From NCBI RefSeq assembly GCF_964355755.1, contig NC_092680.1, forward strand, positions 11,966,001 through 12,030,000: DNA of 64,000 nucleotides, in the 5' to 3' direction. This stretch comes from Antedon mediterranea (taxonomy: Eukaryota > Animalia > Echinodermata). A program made the translations under genes and the position numbers. This document shows, one piece after another, positions 1 through 12,000 of this stretch; positions within the stretch are counted from its first letter, which is position 1; each line of letters opens with the position of its first letter. The notes below the pieces were generated by a model that was given only the letters and a program-made list of their open reading frames with translations, was not told the DNA's origin and ran no database searches.

Positions 1-2177
1 GCGATTTGAAGATATTCTGAGCACTTTGGTGTTTTTATGTTAAAAAGTTTTTTTAGAAAATCACAAAATAGTCTAAAACGTCTCCAAATGCGATTTGAAG
101 CTATTCTGTACACTTTGATGTTTTGTGTGAAAAAGTTTTGTCGAAATGCTCAAAATGGTCTAAAACGTTTTTAAAACGATATTAAGCTATTTTGTGCTCT
201 TTGATGTTTTTGTGTAACCAAGTTTCATCGAAAATCACAAAATGGTCTAAAACGTCTCCAAATGCGATTTGAAGCTTTTCTAAGCACTTTGGTGTTTTTA
301 TGTTAACAAGTTTTTTCGAAAATCACGAAATGGTCTAAAATGTCTCCAAATGCGATTTGAAGATATTCTGAGCACTTTGGTGTTTTTATGTTAAAAAGTT
401 TTTTCGAAAATCACAAAATGGTCTAAAACGTCTCCAAATGCGATTTGAAGCTCTTCTGTACACTTTGATGTTTTGTGTGAAAAAGTTTTGTCGAAATGCT
501 CAAAATGGTCTAAAACGTTTTTAAATACGATATTAAGCTATTCTGTACACTTTGATGTTTTTTGTGAAAAGTTTTATCGAAATGCTCAAAATGGTCTAAA
601 ACGGTTTCTATTGTGATTTTAAGCACTTTGATGATTTTGTGTAACCAAGTTTCATCGAAATGTACAAAATGGTCTAAAACGTCTCCAAATGCGATTTGAA
701 GCTATTCTAAGTACTTTTGTGTTTTTATGTTAACAAGTTTTTTCGAAAATCACAAAATGGTCTAAAACGTCTTCAAATGCGATTTGAAGCTATTCTGTAC
801 ACTTTGATGTTTTGTGTGAAAAAGTTTTGTCGAAATGCTCAAAATGGTCTAAAACGTTTTTAAAACGATATTAAGCTATTTTGTGCTCTTTGATGTTTTT
901 GTGTAACCAAGTTTCATCGAAATCAACAAAATGGTCTAATACGTCTCCAAATGCGATTTGAAGCTTTTCCAAGCACTTTGGTGTTTTTATGTTAAGAAGT
1001 TTTTTCGAAAATCACGAAATGGTCTAAAATGTCTCCAAATGCGATTTGAAGATATTCTGAGCACTTTGGTGTTTTTATGTTAAAAAGTTTTTTCGAAAAT
1101 CACAAAATGGTCTAAAACGTCTCCAAATGCGATTTGAAGCTCTTCTGTACACTTTGATGTTTTGTGTGAAAAAGTTTTGTCGAAATGCTCAAAATGGTCT
1201 AAAACGTTTTTAAATACGATATTAAGCTGTTTTGGGCACTTTGATGATTTGTGTGAAAAGTTTTAACGAAATGCTCAAAATGGTCTAAAACGGATTATAA
1301 TGTGATTTTAAGCACTTTGCTGTTTTTATGTTAACAAGTTTTTTCGAAAATCACAAAATGGTCTAAAACGTCTTCAAATGCGATTTGAAGCTATTCTTTA
1401 CACTTTGATGTTTTGTGTGAAAAAGTTTTGTCGAAATGCTCAAAATGGTCTAAAACGTTTTTAAATACGATATTAAGCTATTTTGTGATCTTTGATGTTT
1501 TTGTGTGAAAAGTTTTATCGAAATGCTCAAAATGGTCTAAAACGGTTTCTATTGTGATTTTAAGCACTTTGATGATTTTGTGTAACCAAGTTTCATCGAA
1601 AATCACAAAATGGTCTAAAACGTCTCCAAATGCGATTTGAAGCTTTTCTAAGCACTTTGGTGTTTTTATGTTAACAAGTTTTTTCGAAAATCACAAAATG
1701 GTCTAAAACGTCTCCAAATGCGATTTGAAGCTCTTCTGTACACTTTGATGTTTTGTGTGAAAAAGTTTTGTCGTAATTCTCAAAATGGTCTAAAACGTTT
1801 TTAAATACGATATTAAGCTGTTTTGTGCACTTTGATGATTTGTGTGAAAAGTTGTAACGAAATACTCAAAATGGTCAAAAACGGTTTCTAATGTGATTTT
1901 AAGCACTTTGATGTTTTTGTGTAACCAAGTTTTTTCGAAAATCACAAAATGGTCTAAAACGTCTCCAAATGCGATTTGAAGCTTTTCTAAGCACTTTGGT
2001 GTTTTTATGTTAACAATTTTTTTTGAAAATCACAAAATGGTCTAAAACGTCTCCAAATGCGATTTGAAGATATTCTGAGCACTTTGGTGTTTTTATGTTA
2101 AAAAGTTTTTTTAGAAAATCACAAAATAGTCTAAAACGTCTCCAAATGCGATTTGAAGCTATTCTGTACACTTTGAT

Positions 2178-5100
2178 GTTTTGTGTGAAAAAGTTTTGTC
2201 GAAATGCTCAAAATGGTCTAAAACGTTTTTAAAACGATATTAAGCTATTTTGTGCTCTTTGATGTTTTTGTGTAACCAAGTTTCATCGAAAATCACAAAA
2301 TGGTCTAAAACGTCTCCAAATGCGATTTGAAGCTTTTCTAAGCACTTTGGTGTTTTTATGTTAACAAGTTTTTTCGAAAATCACGAAATGGTCTAAAATG
2401 TCTCCAAATGCGATTTGAAGATATTCTGAGCACTTTGGTGTTTTTATGTTAAAAAGTTTTTTCGAAAATCACAAAATGGTCTAAAACGTCTCCAAATGCG
2501 ATTTGAAGCTCTTCTGTACACTTTGATGTTTTGTGTGAAAAAGTTTTGTCGAAATGCTCAAAATGGTCTAAAACGTTTTTAAATACGATATTAAGCTGTT
2601 TTGGGCACTTTGATGATTTGTGTGAAAAGTTTTAACGAAATGCTCAAAATGGTCTAAAACGGATTATAATGTGATTTTAAGCACTTTGATGTTTTTGTGT
2701 AACCAAGTTTTTTCGAAAATCACAAAATGGTCTAAAACGTCTCCAAATGCGATTTGAAGCTTTTCTAAGCACTTTGGTGTTTTTATGTTAACAAGTTTTT
2801 TCGAAAATCACAAAATGGTCTAAAACGTCTCCAAATGCGATTTGAGGATATTCTGAGCACTTTGGTGTTTTTATGTTAAAAAGTTTTTTCGAAAATCACA
2901 AAATGGTCTAAAACGTCTCCAAATGCGATTTGAAGCTATTCTGTACACTTTGATGTTTTGTGTGAAAAGGTTTTGTCGAAATGCTCAAAATGGTCTAAAA
3001 CGTTTTTAAAACGATATTAAGCTATTTTGTGCTCTTTGATGTTTTTGTGTAACCAAGTTTCATCGAAATCAACAAAATGGTCTAATACGTCTCCAAATGC
3101 GATTTGAAGCTTTTCCAAGCACTTTGCTGTTTTTATGTTAACAAGTTTTTTAGAAAATCACAAAATGGTCTAAAACGTCTTCAAATGCGATTTGAAGCTA
3201 TTCTGTACACTTTGATGTTTTGTGTGAAAAAGTTTTGTCGAAATGCTCAAAATGGTCTAAAACGTTTTTAAATACGATATTAAGCTATTTTGTGATCTTT
3301 GATGTTTTTGTGTGAAAAGTTTTATCGAAATGCTCAAAATGGTCTAAAACGGTTTCTAATGCGATTTGAAGCTATTCTGTACACTTTGAAGTTTTGTGTG
3401 AAAAAGTTTTGTCGAAATGCTCAAAATGGTCTAAAACGTTTTTAAAACGATATTAAGCTATTTTGTGCTCTTTGATGTTTTTGTGTAACCAAGTTTCATC
3501 GAAAATCACAAAATGGTCTAAAACGTCTCCAAATGCGATTTGAAGCTTTTCTAAGCACTTTGGTGTTTTTATGTTAACAAGTTTTTTCGAAAATCACGAA
3601 ATGGTCTAAAATGTCTCCAAATGCGATTTGAAGATATTCTGAGCACTTTGGTGTTTTTATGTTAAAAAGTTTTTTCGAAAATCACAAAATGGTCTAAAAC
3701 GTCTCCAAATGCGATTTGAAGCTCTTCTGTACACTTTGATGTTTTGTGTGAAAAAGTTTTGTCGAAATGCTCAAAATGGTCTAAAACGTTTTTAAATACG
3801 ATATTAAGCTGTTTTGGGCACTTTGATGATTTGTGTGAAAAGTTTTAACGAAATGCTCAAAATGGTCTAAAACGGATTATAATGTGATTTTAAGCACTTT
3901 GATGTTTTTGTGTAACCAAGTTTTTTCGAAAATCACAAAATGGTCTAAAACGTCTCCAAATGCGATTTGAAGCTTTTCTAAGCACTTTGGTGTTTTTATG
4001 TTAACAAGTTTTTTCGAAAATCACAAAATGGTCTAAAACGTCTCCAAATGCGATTTGAGGATATTCTGAGCACTTTGGTGTTTTTATGTTAAAAAGTTTT
4101 TTCGAAAATCACAAAATGGTCTAAAACGTCTCCAAATGCGATTTGAAGCTATTCTGTACACTTTGATGTTTTGTGTGAAAAGGTTTTGTCGAAATGCTCA
4201 AAATGGTCTAAAACGTTTTTAAAACGATATTAAGCTATTTTGTGCTCTTTGATGTTTTTGTGTAACCAAGTTTCATCGAAATCAACAAAATGGTCTAATA
4301 CGTCTCCAAATGCGATTTGAAGCTTTTCCAAGCACTTTGGTGTTTTTATGTTAAAAAGTTTTTTTGAAAATCACAAAAAGGTCTAAAACGTCTCAAAATG
4401 CGATTTGAAGCTATTCTGTACACTTTGATGTTTTGTGTGAAAAAGTTTTCTCGAAATGCTCAAAATGGTCTAAAACGTTTTTAAAACGATATTAAGCTAT
4501 TTTGTGCTCTTTGATGTTTTTGTTTAACCAAGTTTCATCGAAAATCACAAAATGGTCTAAAACGTTTCCAAATGCGATTTGAAGCTCTTCTGTACACTTT
4601 GATGTTTTGTGTGAAAAAGTTTTGTCGAAATGCTCAAAATGGTCTAAAACGTTTTTAAAACGATATTAAGCTATTTTGTGCTCTTTGATGTTTTTGTGTA
4701 ACCAAGTTTCATCGAAAATCACAAAATGGTCTAAAACGTCTCCAAATGCGATTTGAAGCTTTTCTAAGCACTTTGGTGTTTTTATGTTAACAAGTTTTTT
4801 CGAAAATCACGAAATGGTCTAAAATGTCTCCAAATGCGATTTGAAGATATTCTGAGCACTTTGGTGTTTTTATGTTAAAAAGTTTTTTCGAAAATCACAA
4901 AATGGTCTAAAACGTCTCCAAATGCGATTTGAAGCTCTTCTGTACACTTTGATGTTTTGTGTGAAAAAGTTTTGTCGAAATGCTCAAAATGGTCTAAAAC
5001 GTTTTTAAATACGATATTAAGCTGTTTTGGGCACTTTGATGATTTGTGTGAAAAGTTTTAACGAAATGCTCAAAATGGTCTAAAACGGATTATAATGTGA

Positions 5101-7034
5101 TTTTAAGCACTTTGATGTTTTTGTGTAACCAAGTTTTTTCGAAAATCACAAAATGGTCTAAAACGTCTCCAAATGCGATTTGAAGCTTTTCTAAGCACTT
5201 TGGTGTTTTTATGTTAACAAGTTTTTTCGAAAATCACAAAATGGTCTAAAACGTCTCCAAATGCGATTTGAGGATATTCTGAGCACTTTGGTGTTTTTAT
5301 GTTAAAAAGTTTTTTCGAAAATCACAAAATGGTCTAAAACGTCTCCAAATGCGATTTGAAGCTATTCTGTACACTTTGATGTTTTGTGTGAAAAGGTTTT
5401 GTCGAAATGCTCAAAATGGTCTAAAACGTTTTTAAAACGATATTAAGCTATTTTGTGCTCTTTGATGTTTTTGTGTAACCAAGTTTCATCGAAATCAACA
5501 AAATGGTCTAATACGTCTCCAAATGCGATTTGAAGCTTTTCCAAGCACTTTGCTGTTTTTATGTTAACAAGTTTTTTAGAAAATCACAAAATGGTCTAAA
5601 ACGTCTTCAAATGCGATTTGAAGCTATTCTGTACACTTTGATGTTTTGTGTGAAAAAGTTTTGTCGAAATGCTCAAAATGGTCTAAAACGTTTTTAAATA
5701 CGATATTAAGCTATTTTGTGATCTTTGATGTTTTTGTGTGAAAAGTTTTATCGAAATGCTCAAAATGGTCTAAAACGGTTTCTAATGCGATTTGAAGCTA
5801 TTCTGTACACTTTGAAGTTTTGTGTGAAAAAGTTTTGTCGAAATGCTCAAAATGGTCTAAAACGTTTTTAAAACGATATTAAGCTATTTTGTGCTCTTTG
5901 ATGTTTTTGTGTAACCAAGTTTCATCGAAAATCACAAAATGGTCTAAAACGTCTCCAAATGCGATTTGAAGCTTTTCTAAGCACTTTGGTGTTTTTATGT
6001 TAACAAGTTTTTTCGAAAATCACGAAATGGTCTAAAATGTCTCCAAATGCGATTTGAAGATATTCTGAGCACTTTGGTGTTTTTATGTTAAAAAGTTTTT
6101 TCGAAAATCACAAAATGGTCTAAAACGTCTCCAAATGCGATTTGAAGCTCTTCTGTACACTTTGATGTTTTGTGTGAAAAAGTTTTGTCGAAATGCTCAA
6201 AATGGTCTAAAACGTTTTTAAATACGATATTAAGCTGTTTTGGGCACTTTGATGATTTGTGTGAAAAGTTTTAACGAAATGCTCAAAATGGTCTAAAACG
6301 GATTATAATGTGATTTTAAGCACTTTGATGTTTTTGTGTAACCAAGTTTTTTCGAAAATCACAAAATGGTCTAAAACGTCTCCAAATGCGATTTGAAGCT
6401 TTTCTAAGCACTTTGGTGTTTTTATGTTAACAAGTTTTTTCGAAAATCACAAAATGGTCTAAAACGTCTCCAAATGCGATTTGAGGATATTCTGAGCACT
6501 TTGGTGTTTTTATGTTAAAAAGTTTTTTCGAAAATCACAAAATGGTCTAAAACGTCTCCAAATGCGATTTGAAGCTATTCTGTACACTTTGATGTTTTGT
6601 GTGAAAAGGTTTTGTCGAAATGCTCAAAATGGTCTAAAACGTTTTTAAAACGATATTAAGCTATTTTGTGCTCTTTGATGTTTTTGTGTAACCAAGTTTC
6701 ATCGAAATCAACAAAATGGTCTAATACGTCTCCAAATGCGATTTGAAGCTTTTCCAAGCACTTTGCTGTTTTTATGTTAACAAGTTTTTTAGAAAATCAC
6801 AAAATGGTCTAAAACGTCTTCAAATGCGATTTGAAGCTATTCTGTACACTTTGATGTTTTGTGTGAAAAAGTTTTGTCGAAATGCTCAAAATGGTCTAAA
6901 ACGTTTTTAAATACGATATTAAGCTATTTTGTGATCTTTGATGTTTTTGTGTGAAAAGTTTTATCGAAATGCTCAAAATGGTCTAAAACGGTTTCTAATG
7001 CGATTTGAAGCTATTCTGTACACTTTGAAGTTTT
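2178..7034. repeat. Local 14-mer higher-order repeat, 1213-bp period, about 4 copies
   Basis: The private variant CGGATTATAATGTG occurs at 2660, 3873, 5086 and 6299, exactly 1213 bp apart. I counted 14 monomers per period. Confidence 0.9.
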
Positions 7035-9000
7035 TTGTGAAAAAGTTTTCTCGAAATGCTCAAAATGGTCTAAAACGTTTTTATATACCATATTAAGCTA
7101 TTTTGTGCACTTTGATGTTTTTTGTGAAAAGTTTTATCGAAATGCTCAAAATGGTCTAAAACGGTTTCTATTGTGATTTTAAGCACTTTGATGATTTTGT
7201 GTAACCAAGTTTCATCGAAATGTACAAAATGGTCTAAAACGTCTCCAAATGCGATTTGAAGCTATTCTAAGTACTTTTGTGTTTTTATGTTAACAAGTTT
7301 TTTCGAAAATCACAAAATGGTCTAAAACGTCTTCAAATGCGATTTGAAGCTATTCTGTACACTTTGATGTTTTGTGTGAAAAAGTTTTGTCAAAATGCTC
7401 AAAATGGTCTAAAACGTTTTTAAAACGATATTAAGCTATTTTGTGCTCTTTGATGTTTTTGTTTAACCAAGTTTCATCGAAAATCACAAAATGGTCTAAA
7501 ACGTCTCCAAATGCGATTTGAAGCTTTTCTAAGCACTTTGGTGTTTTTATGTTAACAAGTTTTTTCGAAAATCACAAAATGGTCTAAAACGTCTCCAAAT
7601 GCGATTTGAAGCTCTTCTGTACACTTTGATGTTTTGTGTGAAAAAGTTTTGTCGTAATTCTCAAAATGGTCTAAAACGTTTTTAAATACGATATTAAGCT
7701 GTTTTGTGCACTTTAATGATTTGTGTGAAAAGTTTTAACGAAATGCTCAAAATGGTCAAAAACGGTTTCTAATGTGATTTTAAGCACTTTGATGTTTTTG
7801 TGTAACCAAGTTTTTTCGAAAATCACAAAATGGTCTAAAACGTCTCCAAATGCGATTTGAAGCTTTTCTAAGCACTTTGGTGTTTTTATGTTAACAATTT
7901 TTTTTGAAAATCACAAAATGGTCTAAAACGTCTCCAAATGCGATTTGAAGATATTCTGAGCACTTTGGTGTTTTTATGTTAAAAAGTTTTTTCGAAAATC
8001 ACAAAATAGTCTAAAACGTCTCCAAATGCGATTTGAAGCTATTCTGTACACTTTGATGTTTTGTGTGAAAAAGTTTTGTCGAAATGCTCAAAATTGTCTA
8101 AAACGTTTTTAAAACGATATTAAGCTATTTTGTGCTCTTTGATGTTTTTGTGTAACCAAGTTTCATCGAAAATCACAAAATGGTCTAAAACGTCTCCAAA
8201 TGCGATTTGAAGCTTTTCTAAGCACTTTGGTGTTTTTATGTTAACAAGTTTTTTCGAAAATCACGAAATGGTCTAAAATGTCTCCAAATGCGATTTGAAG
8301 ATATTCTGAGCACTTTGGTGTTTTTATGTTAAAAAGTTTTTTCGAAAATCACAAAATGGTCTAAAACGTCTCCAAATGCGATTTGAAGCTCTTCTGTACA
8401 CTTTGATGTTTTGTGTGAAAAAGTTTTGTCGAAATGCTCAAAATGGTCTAAAACGTTTTTAAATACGATATTAAGCTGTTTTGGGCACTTTGATGATTTG
8501 TGTGAAAAGTTTTAACGAAATGCTCAAAATGGTCTAAAACGGTTTCTAATGTGATTTTAAGCACTTTGATGTTTTTGTGTAACCAAGTTTTTTCGAAAAT
8601 CACAAAATGGTCTAAAACGTCTCCAAATGCGATTTGAAGCTTTTCTAAGCACTTTGGTGTTTTTATGTTAACAAGTTTTTTCGAAAATCACAAAATGGTC
8701 TAAAACGTCTCCAAATGCGATTTGAGGATATTCTGAGCACTTTGGTGTTTTTATGTTAAAAAGTTTTTTCGAAAATCACAAAATGGTCTAAAACGTCTCC
8801 AAATGCGATTTGAAGCTATTCTGTACACTTTGATGTTTTGTGTGAAAAAGTTTTGTCGAAATGCTCAAAATGGTCTAAAACGTTTTTAAAACGATATTAA
8901 GCTATTTTGTGCTCTTTGATGTTTTTGTGTAACCAAGTTTCATCGAAATCAACAAAATGGTCTAATACGTCTCCAAATGCGATTTGAAGCTTTTCCAAGC

Positions 9001-12000
9001 ACTTTGCTGTTTTTATGTTAACAAGTTTTTTCGAAAATCACAAAATGGTCTAAAACGTCTTCAAATGCGATTTGAAGCTATTCTGTAGACTTTGATGTTT
9101 TGTGTGAAAAAGTTTTGTCGAAATGCTCAAAATGGTCTAAAACGTTTTTAAATACGATATTAAGCTATTTTGTGATCTTTGATGTTTTTGTGTGAAAAGT
9201 TTTATCGAAATGCTCAAAATGGTCTAAAACGGTTTCTAATGCGATTTGAAGCTATTCTGTACACTTTGAAGTTTTTTGTGAAAAAGTTTTCTCGAAATGC
9301 TCAAAATGGTCTAAAACGTTTTTATATACCATATTAAGCTATTTTGTGCACTTTGATGTTTTTTGTGAAAAGTTTTATCGAAATGCTCAAAATGGTCTAA
9401 AACGGTTTCTATTGTGATTTTAAGCACTTTGATGATTTTGTGTAACCAAGTTTCATCGAAATGTACAAAATGGTCTAAAACGTCTCCAAATGCGATTTTA
9501 AGCTATTCTAAGTACTTTTGTGTTTTTATGTTAACAAGTTTTTTCGAAAATCACAAAATGGTCTAAAACGTCTTCAAATGCGATTTGAAGCTATTCTGTA
9601 CACTTTGATGTTTTGTGTGAAAAAGTTTTGTCAAAATGCTCAAAATGGTCTAAAACGTTTTTAAAACGATATTAAGCTATTTTGTGCTCTTTGATGTTTT
9701 TGTTTAACCAAGTTTCATCGAAAATCACAAAATGGTCTAAAACGTCTCCAAATGCGATTTGAAGCTTTTCTAAGCACTTTGGTGTTTTTATGTTAACAAG
9801 TTTTTTCGAAAATCACAAAATGGTCTAAAACGTCTCCAAATGCGATTTGAAGCTCTTCTGTACACTTTGATGTTTTGTGTGAAAAAGTTTTGTCGTAATT
9901 CTCAAACTGGTCTAAAACGTTTTTAAATACGATATTAAGCTGTTTTGTGCACTTTGATGATTTGTGTGAAAAGTTTTAACGAAATGCTCAAAATGGTCAA
10001 AAACGGTTTCTAATGTGATTTTAAGCACTTTGATGTTTTTGTGTAACCAAGTTTTTTCGAAAATCACAAAATGGTCTAAAACGTCTCCAAATGCGATTTG
10101 AAGCTTTTCTAAGCACTTTGGTGTTTTTATGTTAACAATTTTTTTTGAAAATCACAAAATGGTCTCAAACGTCTCCAAATGCGATTTGAAGATATTCTGA
10201 GCACTTTGGTGTTTTTATGTTAAAAAGTTTTTTCGAAAATCACAAAATAGTCTAAAACGTCTCCAAATGCGATTTGAAGCTATTCTGTACACTTTGATGT
10301 TTTGTGTGAAAAAGTTTTGTCGAAAAGCTCAAAATGGTCTAAAACGTTTTTAAATACGATATTAAGCTATTTTGTGATCTTTGATGTTTTTGTGTGAAAA
10401 GTTTTATCGAAATGCTCAAAATGGTCTAAAACGGTTTCTAATGCGATTTGAAGCTATTCTGTACACTTTGAAGTTTTGTGTGAAAAAGTTTTCTCGAAAT
10501 GCTCAAAATGGTCTAAAACGTTTTTATATACCATATTAAGCTATTTTGTGCACTTTGATGTTTTTTGTGAAAAGTTTTATTGAAATGCTCAAAATGGTCT
10601 AAAACGGTTTCTATTGTGATTTTAAGCACTTTGATGATTTTGTGTAACCAAGTTTCATCGAAATGTACAAAATGGTCTAAAACGTCTCCAAATGCGATTT
10701 GAAGCTATTCTAAGTACTTTTGTGTTTTTATGTTAACAAGTTTTTTCGAAAATCACGAAATGGTCTAAAATGTCTCCAAATGCGATTTGAAGCTATTCTG
10801 TACACTTTGATGTTTTGTGTGAAAAAGTTTTGTCGAAATGCTCAAAATGGTCTAAAACGTTTTTAAAACGATATTAAGCTATTTTGTGCTCTTTGATGTT
10901 TTTGTGTAACCAAGTTTCATCGAAATCAACAAAATGGTCTAATACGTCTCCAAATGCGATTTGAAGCTTTTTCAAGCACTTTGCTGTTTTTATGTTAACA
11001 AGTTTTTTCGAAAATCACAAAATGGTCTAAAACGTCTTCAAATGCGATTTGAAGCTATTCTTTACACTTTGATGTTTTGTGTGAAAAAGTTTTGTCGAAA
11101 TTCTCAAAATGGTCTAAAACGTTTTTAAATACGATATTAAGCTATTTTGTGATCTTTGATGTTTTTGTTTAACCAAGTTTCATCGAAAATCACAAAATGG
11201 TCTAAAACGTCTCCAAATGCGATTTGAAGCTTTTCTAAGCACTTTGGTGTTTTTATGTTAACAAGTTTTTTCAAAAATCACAAAATGGTCTAAAACGTCT
11301 CCAAATGCGATTTGAAGCTCTTCTGTACACTTTGATGTTTTGTGTGAAAAAGTTTTGTCGTAATTCTCAAAATGGTCTAAAACGTTTTTAAATACGATAT
11401 TAAGCTGTTTTGTGCACTTTGATGATTTGTGTGAAAAGTTTTAACGAAATGCTCAAAATGGTCAAAAACGGTTTCTAATGTGATTTTAAGCACTTTGATG
11501 TTTTTGTGTAACCAAGTTTTTTCGAAAATCACAAAATGGTCTAAAACGTCTCCAAATGCGATTTGAAGCTTTTCTAAGCACTTTGGTGTTTTTATGTTAA
11601 CAATTTTTTTTGAAAATCACAAAATGGTCTAAAACGTCTCCAAATGCGATTTGAAGATATTCTGAGCACTTTGGTGTTTTTATGTTAAAAAGTTTTTTCG
11701 AAAATCACAAAATAGTCTAAAACGTCTCCAAATGCGATTTGAAGCTATTCTGTACACTTTGATGTTTTGTGTGAAAAAGTTTTGTCGAAATGCTCAAAAT
11801 GGTCTAAAACGTTTTTAAAACGATATTAAGCTATTTTGTGCTCTTTGATGTTTTTGTGTAACCAAGTTTCATCGAAAATCACAAAATGGTCTAAAACGTC
11901 TCCAAATGCGATTTGAAGCTTTTCTAAGCACTTTGCTGTTTTTATGTTAACAAGTTTTTTCGAAAATCACAAAATGGTCTAAAACGTCTTCAAATGCGAT

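Noticed and set aside
1503-1516. TGTGAAAAGTT resembles a motif I recall from the 91-92 bp soybean CentGm satellites
   Set aside because: It is a short AT-rich match recalled from memory, and the rest of the monomer does not evidently match. It cannot support a family or species assignment without an alignment.
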